Below, in pieces: positions 26,055-37,615 of a stretch of DNA of 62,555 nt; position 1 is the stretch's first letter, and every line of letters begins with the position of its first letter. The position numbers and the translations under genes were made by a program. The stretch covers positions 10,527,972 to 10,590,526 of the forward strand of contig NC_068986.1 in assembly GCF_001194135.2 (NCBI RefSeq). Reading direction: 5' to 3'. This stretch comes from Octopus bimaculoides (taxonomy: Eukaryota). Under the pieces are notes generated by a model. It was not told the DNA's origin. It did not search any database and saw only the letters and a list, made by a program, of their open reading frames with translations.

Positions 26055-27311
26055 GTGAGTATAGTTATTTTTAGATCTAACAAGCATTTAGATTGTAAAA
26101 AAATGAAATCAAGTCTGTTAATATTTATCAATATATTAAGCATTTAAGTATATAAATGAGCAGTAGACAATGCCAGTAACTTGAGCCTTTGCACCACTCA
26201 CTGGGAAATACCACATCATGTGTGTGAGATCTGCTAAGAGATATGTGTGCTTAGCAATCACTTATGAGTGAGTATGAGCTGGCAGATAATGCCACACTCA
26301 TTATTTGTTTCAAGTGGTTATATAGCCATGAGCAGGCATAGACAATAGACAATAGACATACACACACACACTCTCTCTCCCCCTCACTCTCAGCCTTCCC
26401 ATCCTTAATCTACAGGAACATGTAGGATATGTCAGCAGGAGAAAGGCTTACCTCCATTAGACTGCCAGTACTGATTTTTAACCACATAGAATGAAGCAGC
26501 ATGAAATTAAATGCCCTGCTCAAGAACACAATAAACTGCCCAGTTCAGGAGTAAATCTTGTGACCTTATGATCATGTAGCCAACCCCTTAAACTTTAGGC
26601 CACACACCTTCCCTTTCAAAAATTACCAAGAGGAAAAATGTGAAAATAGTAGATAAAATAACACTTTATGCCCAGATTTAATTGATTACAGTAAACATTT
26701 TATATCCACATTTACAGTTTTTAGTCAAGTAAAATTTTTTTTAGAGATTTTACTCATAGGATCATCAAAATTCAGCTTACCAGGAGCGCCAGCAATGTTA
26801 AAGCTGGCTCTGACCAATAATCCCAAACTATGAACATTTGAGAAACATTACTTCAGAAATATCTCAGGAAAATGTCTGTTCTTATTTGTTTTAGCACACA
26901 AAAATGTTTTCCAGTGATGGGGGAAATATATCTTTGCCATTCACACAAAATGGGGAAATGTCATTGTTCATATTCTAAGGTAACCCAGGGTAGCACATTC
27001 AGCTGAATATAAGTGTTACTTCAATTAGAATGCCAAATTCCAGATGTGGTCGAGTTTAATAAATTTTTATATGAATGACTTACTGAATACCAGTAATATA
27101 CACTGTCTTTTCTAAATGCATTAACACAATAAGGGAACTTATTTTAACAGGGAATCAAACTTGATTCAAATTAAGACTTTACCTTTACATCATTCTGTAA
27201 CCAAAGGACTTTAAAATATTTGCTTCATTCAACTAAATATTATGAATATAAATTAAGATACTGATTTAACTGTTGCCATATTTCTGATTAGAACATGGAT
27301 TCCTGAACATA

Positions 27312-27523
27312 TTTACATTATTTATATTATTTACATTTGACAGATGTTTGACCTCATTTTGTTTGTTGTTAACACGTTTCAGCTGATATACCTTCCAGCC
27401 TTCATCAGGTGTCTTGGGGAAATTTCGAACCTGGGTTCTCATTCCTAAGGTATTTTTCAATGTTATTATCATTAACAACAAACAAGATGAGGACAAATAT
27501 CTGTCAAATGTAAATAATGTAAA
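27312..27523. repeat. Inverted-repeat element with hammerhead-like core on the minus strand; partial second copy at 61565-61697
   Basis: TTTACATTTGACAGAT.TTTG.CCTCAT.TTGTTTGTTGTTAA and its reverse complement flank TTTCxGCTGATATACC.TCCAGCCTTCATCAGGTGTC. Confidence 0.8.
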
Positions 27524-27922
27524 TAGTGTACATAATTCCTCATCTCTTAAATATAGAACTATATGGATTCTTGAGTCATTAAATTACTAAGCAACCCATG
27601 AAGAGGTGAGCAGTCCATGGTCTGGCCCTCCATCAGTTATAATGATGAGTGTTCCAGTTGATAGGACCAATGGAACAACCTGCTCCTGAAATTAACATGC
27701 AAATGGCTGAGTTCTCCACAGGCAGGCATTCACTATAAAACTCTGTAGATGCTTCGTTCAGTGAATCACAAGAAATTGTCTCCAATGACATAATGGCTGG
27801 AATGTATTTCTTACCAAATATGCTGACCTCAATGTGTTGTTTTATAGTAATATTATTTCCATTCCATTTTTCTTTTTTTCTTTTTTTTCTTATTGCCATC
27901 ATTTTGTTTCCTTTCTCTATAG

Positions 27923-28054
27923 GCCCTCATAAGGAAAGATATTGTTTGGGCTTCACTATAAGAGACTCTCTTGACTGGTTTATGAATGCTACATGTTGGG
28001 GGGAAAAACCTACAGTCTTTTATCTAGCTGAGTGTTTTAGAATTGGAGAAGTCA
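27923..28054 (+). CDS. MEIOB: MEIOB coding exon 3 (PHKERYCLGFTIRDSLDWFMNATCWG...RIGEV)
   Basis: AG/GTAAGT, 132 nt, phase 1 to 1; matches [23 protein letters not shown]. Confidence 0.95.
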
Positions 28055-28373
28055 GTAAGTATACAGGTCTTTATAGTCTTTCACACATACACACATACAT
28101 ATTCTTTTATTCTTTTACTTGTTTCAGTCATCAGACTGTGGCAATGCTGGGGCAGCATCTTAAAGAATTTTAATCAAACAAATTGTCCCCAATATTCATT
28201 TTTTTAAAAATCCTGGCGCTTGTTCTATCAGCCTCTTTTGCCAAAACACTAAGTTAAAGGGACATAAACACACTGACACCATTTGTCAAGCAGTGGTGGA
28301 GGACAAACACAGACACAAAGACACACACACACACACACACATATACAAGTGTGTGTGTGTGTGTGTGTGTGAA

Positions 28374-28692
28374 GGTGCATGGCTTAGTGGTTAGGGTATT
28401 TGACTCATGATTGTAAGGTCATGACTTAAATTCCCAGTGACGTAGTGTGTCCTTGAGCAAGACACTTTATTTCACATTGCTCCAGTCCACTCGGCTGGCA
28501 AAAATGAGTTATACCTGTTTTTCAAAGGGGCCAGCCTTGTCACACTCTGTGTCATGCTGAATCTCCCTGAGAACTACAATAAGGGTACACGTGTCTGTGG
28601 AGTGCTCAGCCACTTGCACGTTAATTTCACAAGCAGGCTGTTCCGTTGATCGTATCAGCTGGGACCCTTATTGTCATAACCGATGGAGTGCT
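28374..28692 (+). mobile_element. tRNA-derived SINE family C (representative copy)
   Basis: Head GGCTTAGTGGTTAGGG...; core CACTTGCACGTTAATTTCACxAGCAGGCTGTTCC. Copies near 310, 4780(-), 7550(-), 26440(-), 27630(-), 33490, 38640(-), 48700(-), 59310(-). Confidence 0.75.
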
Positions 28693-29356
28693 CCCATATA
28701 TATATATATGTGTGTGTGTATTTATATAATGGGCTTCCTTCAATTTCCATCTACCAAATCCACTCACAAGGCTTTTGTTGACTCAAGGTTTTAGTAGGTG
28801 ACACTTGCCTAAAGTACCACAAAGTGAGACTGCACCTGGACTCATGTGGTTGGGAACCAAACATCTTACCACACAGCCACCACACATACACACACACACA
28901 TACACGCATATAAGTATGGCCTCGCATAAGAGATGATGAGTGACCAAGACCTTTGGGGACATGCTGTGCTTGAAAAGACCCAGTAAGCCAGGTGAGATTG
29001 TAACTGTGGCTTATGCCAGTGTAGCATAACCGGCCCATTTAAGAATAGCCTTAAATCATTGGGCAATATACTGTGCTTGAGAAGACCTGTTGAGTCAAGT
29101 GAAATCATTGTTATGGCTGATACCAGTACCACCTGACTAGCACCCATGCCGATGGCATGTAAAAAGCACCTACTACAGTCTCAAAGTGGTTGACATCAGG
29201 AAGGGCATCCAGCTGTAGAAACCTTGCCAGATCAGATTGGAGCCTGGTGCAGCCTTCTGGCTTGCCAGTCCTCAGTCAAACTGTCCAAGCAGTGCCAGCA
29301 TGGAAAGCAGACATTATACGATGATGATCATGATCATGATCATGATATATATAAGC

Positions 29357-29524
29357 GCAGGAGTGGATGTGTGGTAAGTAGCTTGCTTACCAACCACATG
29401 GTTCCAGGTTCAGTCCCACTGCGTGGCACCTTGGCCAAGTGTCTTTTACTATAGCCTTGGGCCGACCAAAGCCTTGTGAGTGGATTTGGTAGATGGAAAC
29501 TGAAAGAAACCCATCGTATATATG

Positions 29525-29555
<31 letters not shown>

Positions 29556-29765
29556 AAGTTTGTTGGTCTGTGTTTGTCCCCCCACCATTGCTTGACTACT
29601 GATGCTGGTGTGTTTACGTCCCTGTAACTTAACGGTTCGGCAAAAGAGGCCGATAGAATAAGTACTAGGCTTACAAAGAATAAGTCCTGGGGTCGATTTG
29701 CTCGACTAAAAGCGGTGCTCCAGCATGGCCACAGTGAAATAACTGAAACAATTAAAAGAATAAAA

Positions 29766-29770
<5 letters not shown>
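29357..29770 (+). mobile_element. tRNA-derived SINE family B with internal (TA)n/(TG)n (representative copy)
   Basis: Head GCAGGAGTGGxTGTGTGGTAAG...GGTTCAGTCCC; tail ...GACTGAAACAAGTAAAAGA. Copies near 13785, 23270(-), 34320, 49400(-), 52940, 54760, 58300(-), 60760(-); several N gaps fall inside its microsatellite. Confidence 0.8.
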
Positions 29771-29801
<31 letters not shown>

Positions 29802-29865
29802 TTGACATATGTTATGTTTTAACTGTATTTAACCTATTCCTTTTGATTTAAATTTTTGTTTCTAG

Positions 29866-29935
29866 TTCAAATAAAAAATGCAATGGTTATGGCAGCCACA
29901 TCATTTGATGAAAAGTTTAGACCATGGACCTCAAG
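29866..29935 (+). CDS. MEIOB: MEIOB coding exon 4 (IQIKNAMVMAATSFDEKFRPWTS)
   Basis: AG/GTATAA, 70 nt, phase 1 to 2; matches IIENPLIQ...EEKFSPATPS. Confidence 0.9.
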
Positions 29936-31070
29936 GTATAAAAATGGCTTCCATCTCTCTCTTTAATTTCTCCCTCAGTTCATAAAATTTACTATGACAC
30001 ACACACACACACACATGCAGTCACCTTTAACACAGCAAAAACAACAGCTCAATGCCTTCTCTTCAGTACCAGTTACTGATCCTCAACAGCAGCAGTTCCT
30101 AACCATTTTTTGCCTATGGACCCTTTGATTTCTGTTTTATTCAGGTGGACCCTTGTAGTCATTCAATATTTAAAAATACCCTACTACATTTATAGCATTA
30201 AACATTATTTGGAATTGTATAAAAAAAAATTTTAACATTTTGTGTATTCATCTTCATCATCATCATCATTGATTAGCGTCTGCTTTCTATGCTAGCATGG
30301 GTTGGACGATTTGACTGAGGACTGGCGAACCAGATGGCTGCACCAGGCTCCAATCTAATCTAGCAGAGTTTCTACACCTGGATGCCCTTCCTAACGTCAA
30401 CCACTCTGAGAGTGTAGTGGGTGCTTTTACGTGCCACCGGCACAAGGGCCAGTTAGGCGGTACTGGCAATGACCATGCTCAAAATGGTGCTTTTTACATG
30501 CCACCTGCACAGGAGCCAGTCCAGTGACACAGGAGCCAGTCCAGTGGCACTGGCAATGACCTCGCTTGAATGTTTTTTTTCATGTGCCACCAGCACAAGT
30601 GCCAGTAAGGTGACGATGGTAACGATTACGCTCAAATGGTGCTGTTTGCATGCCACCGGCACGGAAGCCAGACAGCTGCTCTGGCAATGATCATGCTCGG
30701 ACGGTGCTGTTATTGCTCCTCTGGTACAGGTGTCAGTCATTGAATTTGGTTCAATTACGATTTCGATTTCACTTGCCCCAACAGGTCTTCGCAAGCAGAA
30801 CCAAATTATTGCAGATAGATTTTAAAAACAAAATCTTGTATGGACCCGCAGGGGCCATATGGGCTCTGGTTGAGAACAACTGATCTACAAAATATGTGTG
30901 TAGATAATAGGGCAGCGAGCTGGCAGAATCGTTAGCATGCCGGGCAAAATGCTTAGCGGTATTTCATCTGCCATTACATTTTGAGTTCAAATTTTGCCAA
31001 GGTTGATTTTGCCTTTCATCCTTTCAGGGTTGATTAAATAAGTACCAGTTACACACTGGGGTCGATGTTA

Positions 31071-31426
31071 CTGTTGTTTTTAGCCCCAGGAAGACATCTC
31101 CTCCAGCTGGCCAACAACACACAGTCTATGTCCGATTAGTAATTGCGAGGGAGGTCATTTAATATAACTTATCTCTCTCTTTATGAGATCAGCGACAGTG
31201 TGGCGCTAGAAAATGGATATAATATTTTGCGAATGGAATAAGTTCTTCATCACTAGCCAGTGATTAGCACACACTGAAGACAGGTAACCACCCAGAAACC
31301 CGGGTCTGTGTGTATCACGTAAGGCTAGAGATAGGAGCAATGACCTCCCTCGCAAATACTAATCGGACACAGACTGTGTTGTTGGCCAGCTGGAGGAGAT
31401 ATCTTTCTCGGATTAAAAACCAACAG
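31071..31426. mobile_element. Inverted-repeat element (about 90-bp arms, TA on both flanks) carrying a hammerhead-like motif
   Basis: Arms 31071-31159 and 31339-31426 share ATCTCCTCCAGCTGGCCAACAACAC...GTCCGATTAGTA.TTGCGAGGGAGGTCATT; adjoins a truncated family A SINE. Confidence 0.85.
31261..31317 (+). ncRNA. Putative minimal type I hammerhead ribozyme (helix II weakened)
   Basis: CACACA-CUGAAGA-caGGUaaccACCca-GAAA-CCCGGG-UC^-UGUGUG; helix I 31268-31273 pairs with 31307-31312. Confidence 0.6.
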
Positions 31427-31699
31427 TAACACCATCCTCTATAGGACTGCCACATTTAGTTGGCAAAGATATTTTACTGTATTAGGATTAACTCATCTTA
31501 TTTTCCTGATCCATGAAAGAAGCTCTTACATTGTAGCTTTGTTTAATCAGTTCTTTATCTCTATATCAAAATATATTTCATCTGAATGAATGAGCTTCTA
31601 GCCAGTATGGAAAGCAGATGTTAAATGACAATGATGATGATGATGATGATGGTGATGGTGGTGGTGGTTACAGCAGAAATGTTTTCTATATTTCAACAG

Positions 31700-31889
31700 C
31701 CCTCTGAGTTTGAACATCAGTGATGCAGGTAACATAATCATATACACAGGGCTTGACAGAGAGCAATACCTTCGTTACAGTCACTTACCGACTAAAATTT
31801 ACCGAGACCATTACACCTTAGAAGACATCAACATCAATGGACAATCCCTACATGGCGAACATGTTAATTTATTGGTAGCAGTGAAGAAG
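31700..31889 (+). CDS. MEIOB: MEIOB coding exon 5 (PLSLNISD...HLPTKIYRDHYTLEDININGQSLHGEHVNLLVAVKK)
   Basis: AG/GTAAGA, 190 nt, phase 2 to 0; matches [36 protein letters not shown]. Confidence 0.95.
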
Positions 31890-32214
31890 GTAAGAATATC
31901 TTATCGTGATTTATTTCATTGTTGTCATTGTTTTAATGTCCACTTTTCCAGGCCTGCATGGGTCAGAGATGGAATTCATCGGAACAGGACTGGATTCCCA
32001 AAAAGGCAGCAAGCTGGCAGAAATGTTAGCACACTAGGCGAAATGTTTAGTGGTATTTCGCCTGTCTTTATGTTCTGAGTTCAAATTCTGCCAAGGTTGA
32101 CTTTGCCTTTTATCCTTTCAGGGTTGATAAGTTAAGTACCAGTTGCATACTGGAGTCAATCTAATCAACTGCCCCCCCACCCCCAAAATGACTGAAATGC
32201 TTGCTTTGCTTAAG

Positions 32215-32620
32215 GTAGTCCGTCTTGACAGATGACGATGTCGTCATTGATCCTTAGGGGCTGTCTTGATGTCGTTGATCCTTAGCGGCTGTCTTGATGT
32301 CATTGAAAAAACCAATTCTGGAGGCACATGTCCAATTACACCAAGAGCAGTGAAGAGGGCTCCGATGAAGATGAGCTCCTCTAGGATTTTGCTAACGTTC
32401 CTTGAGCTGTCACCACTTTCCTTTGCGAAGTCTAGTCTGTTTATCCTCAAAGTGCTGCAAACCAATTTTGACCATACTCCTCCTCCAAGTAGTACGGTCT
32501 GTGGCCAGTGTTTTTAGTTCACCAGGGGAGATGTTGCAAAGCTTCAGGGATTTCTTGAGATGAACTTAATATCATTTCTTTGGACCTCCGTGCAGTCGGT
32601 TACCCACTGCTAACTCCCCA
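32215..32620 (-). mobile_element. Degenerate RTE-type LINE 3' end
   Basis: GELAVG...GGPKK...LKKSLKLCNISPGELKTLATDRTTWR...CSWCNWTCASRIG. Confidence 0.75.
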
Positions 32621-32785
32621 AAAAGCACAATCTTGGGTATATGGCTTTCTGGCATCTTGATAATGACTGAGATAGGTAAAGGATAATAAATAGAAGTCCC
32701 TTAATGAATGAGTGTGTGTGTGCGTGTGTGAGAGAGGTTTTGTTTCAGTTTTTCTTAGTTTAATTGATTGTTTTTGCATTGCCAG

Positions 32786-32886
32786 GTAAATGAAGTAAGA
32801 AATATTAAAACCAAAACAGGGAAACAAATGAAACAATGTGAAGTGAAACTGTTTGATGAAACTTGTTCCACATTTACATTAATGCT
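32786..32886 (+). CDS. MEIOB: MEIOB coding exon 6 (VNEVRNIKTKTGKQMKQCEVKLFDETCSTFTLM)
   Basis: AG/GTAAGT, 101 nt, phase 0 to 2; matches RCEVRLYDETESSFAMT. Confidence 0.93.
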
Positions 32887-33862
32887 GTAAGTTATTTTTG
32901 TATATTTTCATTGCACTGGTGTAGAGCAATAGTCATGGCTGATGCCAGTGCTGTCTGACTGGCACCTGTGCCATCTGACTGGCACCTGTGCCGATGGCAC
33001 ATAAAAAGCACCAGTGGAGCTTTGGGCCTCATGGAGAAAGTGACAGGTGACCAAGACCTTTGGCGATATATCGTGCTTGTGTAGACATGTCAAGTCAAGC
33101 GAGACTGTAACTGTGGCCAGTGTCAGATCAATGGCACCTATGCTGGTGGAATGTAAGAAACACCCCTTACTCTCTCAGAGTGGTTGGCATTAGGAAGGGC
33201 ATTCAGCTGTAGAAACGTTGCCAAATCAGATCAGAACCTGGTGCAGCCCCCCCCCCTCCCATCCCCAGCTTACCAGTTTCCAGTCAAACAGTCCAACCCA
33301 TGCCAACATGGAAAGCGGACCTTAAATGATGATGACAATGATGATGATGATGATTTTATATTACTCTACATATTTCTCTTTCCTTATTTTTCTTGACTCC
33401 CAAAAATAAGGATTTTTTTTCTTCCTTGTGCATACAGTCAATGTTTATATGGAGGAAGTATTTTACATTGTTTGTATAGAAGCCATGTGAGGGTACATGG
33501 CCTTGTGGTTTGGGTGTTGCACTCATGAGCACATGGTTTCAATTCCTGAACCGGGCAATGTGAAGTGTTCTTGAGCAAAACACTTCATCTCATGTGGTTC
33601 TGTGATCACTTAAACACCTGACGCATGGTATGCCGTGCAACCTGTTCAGGCAACTACAAGTTCTTCTCAGACTACAAGTTACTACCACCACCACCACCAC
33701 CATCGGCACCACCAATACTTTTATTTATTTTTTTTTTTTGAAAGCATGTGGTTGGGAATCAAACTTCTTACCATACAGCCACACATGCACCGATATAGCC
33801 TTGTCTGTGCCTATATATTGTATTGTATTTGAATATTATGAGATGTTTCTGTTGTTTTATAG

Positions 33863-33915
33863 ATGGGATGATCAACTCATCAACAATGCATTGTCTTGGG
33901 TTTCAAACCAAACTG
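33863..33915 (+). CDS. MEIOB: MEIOB coding exon 7 (WDDQLINNALSWVSNQT)
   Basis: AG/GTAAGC, 53 nt, phase 2 to 1; matches WDNESILLAQSWMPRET. Confidence 0.92.
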
Positions 33916-34037
33916 GTAAGCATAAGATTTTTAATATTTAACCCTTTAGCATTGAAACCATTGTAGAATATTATAACCAAAGCTACACTTGGACTGATCA
34001 GGAATCTATCATCAAGTGATCTTTTATTCTGTTGTAG

Positions 34038-34133
34038 TTCTCTTCATCAATGATGTCAAAGTTGTATTTGATGAATATAAAAACTATATGGCATCTACAG
34101 CAACTTCCAAGACTATTATTACAGTCAATCCAG
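34038..34133 (+). CDS. MEIOB: MEIOB coding exon 8 (VLFINDVKVVFDEYKNYMASTATSKTIITVNP)
   Basis: AG/GTGTGT, 96 nt, phase 1 to 1; matches [32 protein letters not shown]. Confidence 0.95.
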
Positions 34134-34481
34134 GTGTGTTCTTCATTTATATATTTTGCATACATGCACACAAACCATATAGATGTATGTACGTATGTGT
34201 GTATAGATGGATGGATGTCTCTATGTATATATGTATGTATATATAGTAGGGTCTCTATCTATGAACAAAGTCTATTCCAGAGCCACGTTCATTAATCAAA
34301 TTTTTCATCACATTAACAGGGGCAGGTGTGGTTGTGTGGTAAGAAGCTTGCTTACCACCTACATGGTTCCAAGTTCAGTCCTGCTACATAGCATATTGGG
34401 CAAGTGTCTTCTACTATGGCCTCGGGCCGACCAAAGCTTTGTGAGTGGATTTGGCAGACAGAAATTGAAAGAAGCCCATCG

Positions 34482-34516
<35 letters not shown>

Positions 34517-34938
34517 NNNNNNNNNNNNNNNNNNNNNNNNNNNNNNNNNNNNNNNNNNNNNNNNNNNNNNNNNNNNNNNNNNNNNNNNNNNNNNNNNNNN
34601 NNNNNNNNNNNNNNNNNNNNNNNNNNNNNNNNNNNNNNNNNNNNNNNNNNNNNNNNNNNNNNNNNNNNNNNNNNNNNNNNNNNNNNNNNNNNNNNNNNNN
34701 NNNNNNNNNNNNNNNNNNNNNNNNNNNNNNNNNNNNNNNNNNNNNNNNNNNNNNNNNNNNNNNNNNNNNNNNNNNNNNNNNNNNNNNNNNNNNNNNNNNN
34801 NNNNNNNNNNNNNNNNNNNNNNNNNNNNNNNNNNNNNNNNNNNNNNNNNNNNNNNNNNNNNNNNNNNNNNNNNNNNNNNNNNNNNNNNNNNNNNNNNNNN
34901 NNNNNNNNNNNNNNNAGTTTCGTGTCCAATGAAGGAGA

Positions 34939-34987
<49 letters not shown>

Positions 34988-35668
34988 TGTGTGTGTGTGT
35001 GTGTGTGTGTATTTATGTGTGTGTGTTTGTGTCTGTGTTTGTCCCCACCACCATCACTTGACAACCGATGCTGGTGTGTTTATATCCCCATAACTTAGCA
35101 GTTCGGCAGAAGTGACCAATAGAATAAGCACCAGGCCAACAAAGAATAAGTCCAGGGGTTGATTTCTTTGGCTAAAAGGCGGTGCTCCAGCATGGCAACA
35201 GTGAATTGACTGAAACACGTAAAAGAGTAAAAGAATGAGCAACTGAAGAGAATTTAAGCAGAGGGAGTCCATTCCAAACTTTATGTAAAAAGGCAAAAAT
35301 GATGTTTTATTTGTCCATCCATCAATAGCAAATACATAAATATGTATGTATACACACATATATATATATATATATATATGATATATATATATGAATGTGT
35401 GTGTGAATGTGTGTGTGAATGTGTGTTTGCATGTGTGTTTGAATGTGTGTGTGCATGTGTGTGTGCATGCATGTGTGTGGCTGCATATGTATGCGCATGC
35501 ATGTGTGTGTGTATGTGTATGCATGTGTATGCACGTGTATGTGTACATGCATGTGTCTGTGCATGAGTGTATGTATGTATGTATGTGCATGTGTTTTTTT
35601 TCCTTTGTCTTTGTGTGTGTATAAATACCTTATTCTCAAACTGTTGCAATTACCATTTACTCCCCCAG

Positions 35669-35758
35669 AGATTGAAGAAGCTCAGCATTTGTACGTATAT
35701 GCAGAAAACCACCAAGACTTTGAAGAAATAGAGGACGATGTAAATAATATTCCTGATC
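35669..35758 (+). CDS. MEIOB: MEIOB coding exon 9 (EIEEAQHLYVYAENHQDFEEIEDDVNNIPD)
   Basis: AG/GTAAGA, 90 nt, phase 1 to 1; aligns with DIPEANILLNFIREN. Confidence 0.88.
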
Positions 35759-36223
35759 GTAAGATTCCTCTTCATCTTTATTCAAATAATTACTCACATC
35801 ATCTTAAATGAAAACACTCTCACTGCTCTCTTCATTTCGGTAATGTTCACTTCACTAATTACACTGAATTATTCCATCAGACTCTTCGACAGGGAACAAT
35901 CAGTTCAACATCCCAAATCTCTTTTCTCACTACTTACCTTATTATGGTGGTTTGCATTGTTTTTATTATCTTAATGTACACTTTCTCATGCTCGCGTGAG
36001 TCAGACAGAATTTGTTGTGGTGGATTTTCTATGGCTGGATGTTTTTCCTGTGGCCAACCTTCACCTGTTCCCAAGGACAGCAATATTTCTCCATGAGCAG
36101 ACATGTTTTACATGAAAGACTGGAAATGAACAACACCGCTTGTGACAGTAACATTCATTTACAACTATTACACAATGTCAAGGCAAGGAGACATATACAT
36201 ACACACACACGTATACACACACT

Positions 36224-36445
36224 GCGAGCTGGTAGAAATGTTAGCACTCCGGGCAAAATGCTTAGCAGTATTTCGTCTGCCGCTACGTTCTGAGTTCAAA
36301 TTCCGCCGAGGTCGACTTTGCCTTTCGTCCTTTCAGGGTCGATTAAATAAGTACCAGTTACGCACTGGGGTCGATATAATCGACTTAATCCGTTTGTCTG
36401 TCTTTGTTTGTACCTCTGTGTGTAGCCCCTTGTGGGTAGTAAAGA
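36224..36445 (+). mobile_element. tRNA-derived SINE family A (representative copy)
   Basis: A-box-like TGGTAGAAATGTTAGC and B-box-like GAGTTCAAATTCC. Related copies near 10540-10880(-), 17310, 22690(-), 30910, 32010, 36630(-), 41600, 46820, 50350(-), 55590. Confidence 0.8.
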
Positions 36446-36867
36446 AATAACACGTATACACACACACACACATACACATACACATGTATGTATATATAGT
36501 TAGAGACCAGTATTCTCTGTGTAGAATACACTTCATGGTGCTCAAGAGATTTGAACTTGAGCAGGGAGAAGAGTAAAATGTAAGGACGAGCAAGTTAGGC
36601 AAATCAATATACAAAAAAATATTCTTTTCTACTCTAGGCACAAGGCCCGAAAATTTTGGGGCGGGGGGGGGGCAGTTGATTAGATCAACCCCGGTATTCA
36701 ACTGGTGCTTAATTTATCATCCCTGAAAGGCAGAGTCGACCTCGGTGGAATTTGAACTCAGAACATAAAGACAGACGAAATACTGCTAAGCATTTCGCCT
36801 GGTGGGCTAACATTTCTGCCAGCTCACCGCCTTGATATACAAAAAAATATTAAATACATTTCATACG

Positions 36868-37277
36868 AAAAATGTACATATGTATACACAAGTCTGACTT
36901 AGACAGAATAGAAATGATATCTGGAATTAAAGGGATTGAGTAAGAGTTCTATGAGTCCAACAACTGTTTCTGGGAACTTGGTGGTCCAAAATAATGATGA
37001 TTGTAACTTGATTCCATCATTGGATTTCATCTTTAAACTCCGTTCTGTCAACAGCTCAAATGTAAAACTCTTCCCTGAGGACAGAGGCTGGTGTTATCCG
37101 ATGATGGTATCAAGTTACAATTATCATTATTTTGGACCACCAAGACCCCACCATCATCACCACCAGAAACAGCTGTTGGACTCGTAAAACTCTAATTCAA
37201 CCCCTTTAATTCCTGATATCATTGCTATTCTGCATAAGTCAAACTCTTTTTTTATATGTAAACATATGTACATTTTT
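36868..37277. repeat. Long imperfect fold-back element
   Basis: Arms about 36868-37024 and 37097-37277 are reverse complements with an indel; loop about 70 nt. Confidence 0.85.
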
Positions 37278-37339
37278 CATCTGAAAAGTATTCAATATTT
37301 TTTGTGTATTAACTTACCTAACTTGTTTGTCCTTGCATT

Positions 37340-37615
37340 TACTCTTCGTTGCCAGTGCCCCTGGACTGGCTTGTGCGGGTGGCACATAAAAGACACCATT
37401 TCGAGCGTGGCCGTTTTCATGCGGGTGACACGTAAAAGCACCCACTACACTCTCTGAGTGGTTGGCGTTAGGAAGGGCATCCAGCTGTAGAAACTCTGCC
37501 AAATCAGACTGGAGCCTGGTGTTGCCATCCAGTTTCACCAGTCCTCAGTCAAATCGTCCAACCCATGCTAGCATGGAAAGCGGACGTTAAACGATGATGA
37601 TGATGATGATGATAT
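37340..37615 (+). mobile_element. SINE / non-autonomous retroposon family D with (GAT)n tail (representative copy)
   Basis: Core GAGTGGTTGGCGTTAGGAAGGGCATCCAGCTGTAGAAAC...CCATGCTAGCATGGAAAGCGGACGTTAAACGATGATGAT. Copies near 2700, 24220, 29150, 30255(-), 33170, 40860(-), 44050, 48090, 54300(-), 56700, 59930(-), 61695(-). Confidence 0.8.

Noticed and set aside
25555-26074. Overlapping poly-N/Y/I ORFs
   Set aside because: Trinucleotide microsatellite; only 26000-26054 is coding (MEIOB exon 2)
30287-30883. ORFs such as 30453-30794 and similar ones at 54323, 56672 and 61613
   Set aside because: Translations of SINE family D, recurring in many copies
36224-36310. tRNA-like A and B boxes
   Set aside because: SINE heads; no complete cloverleaf recognised, so no tRNA genes are called
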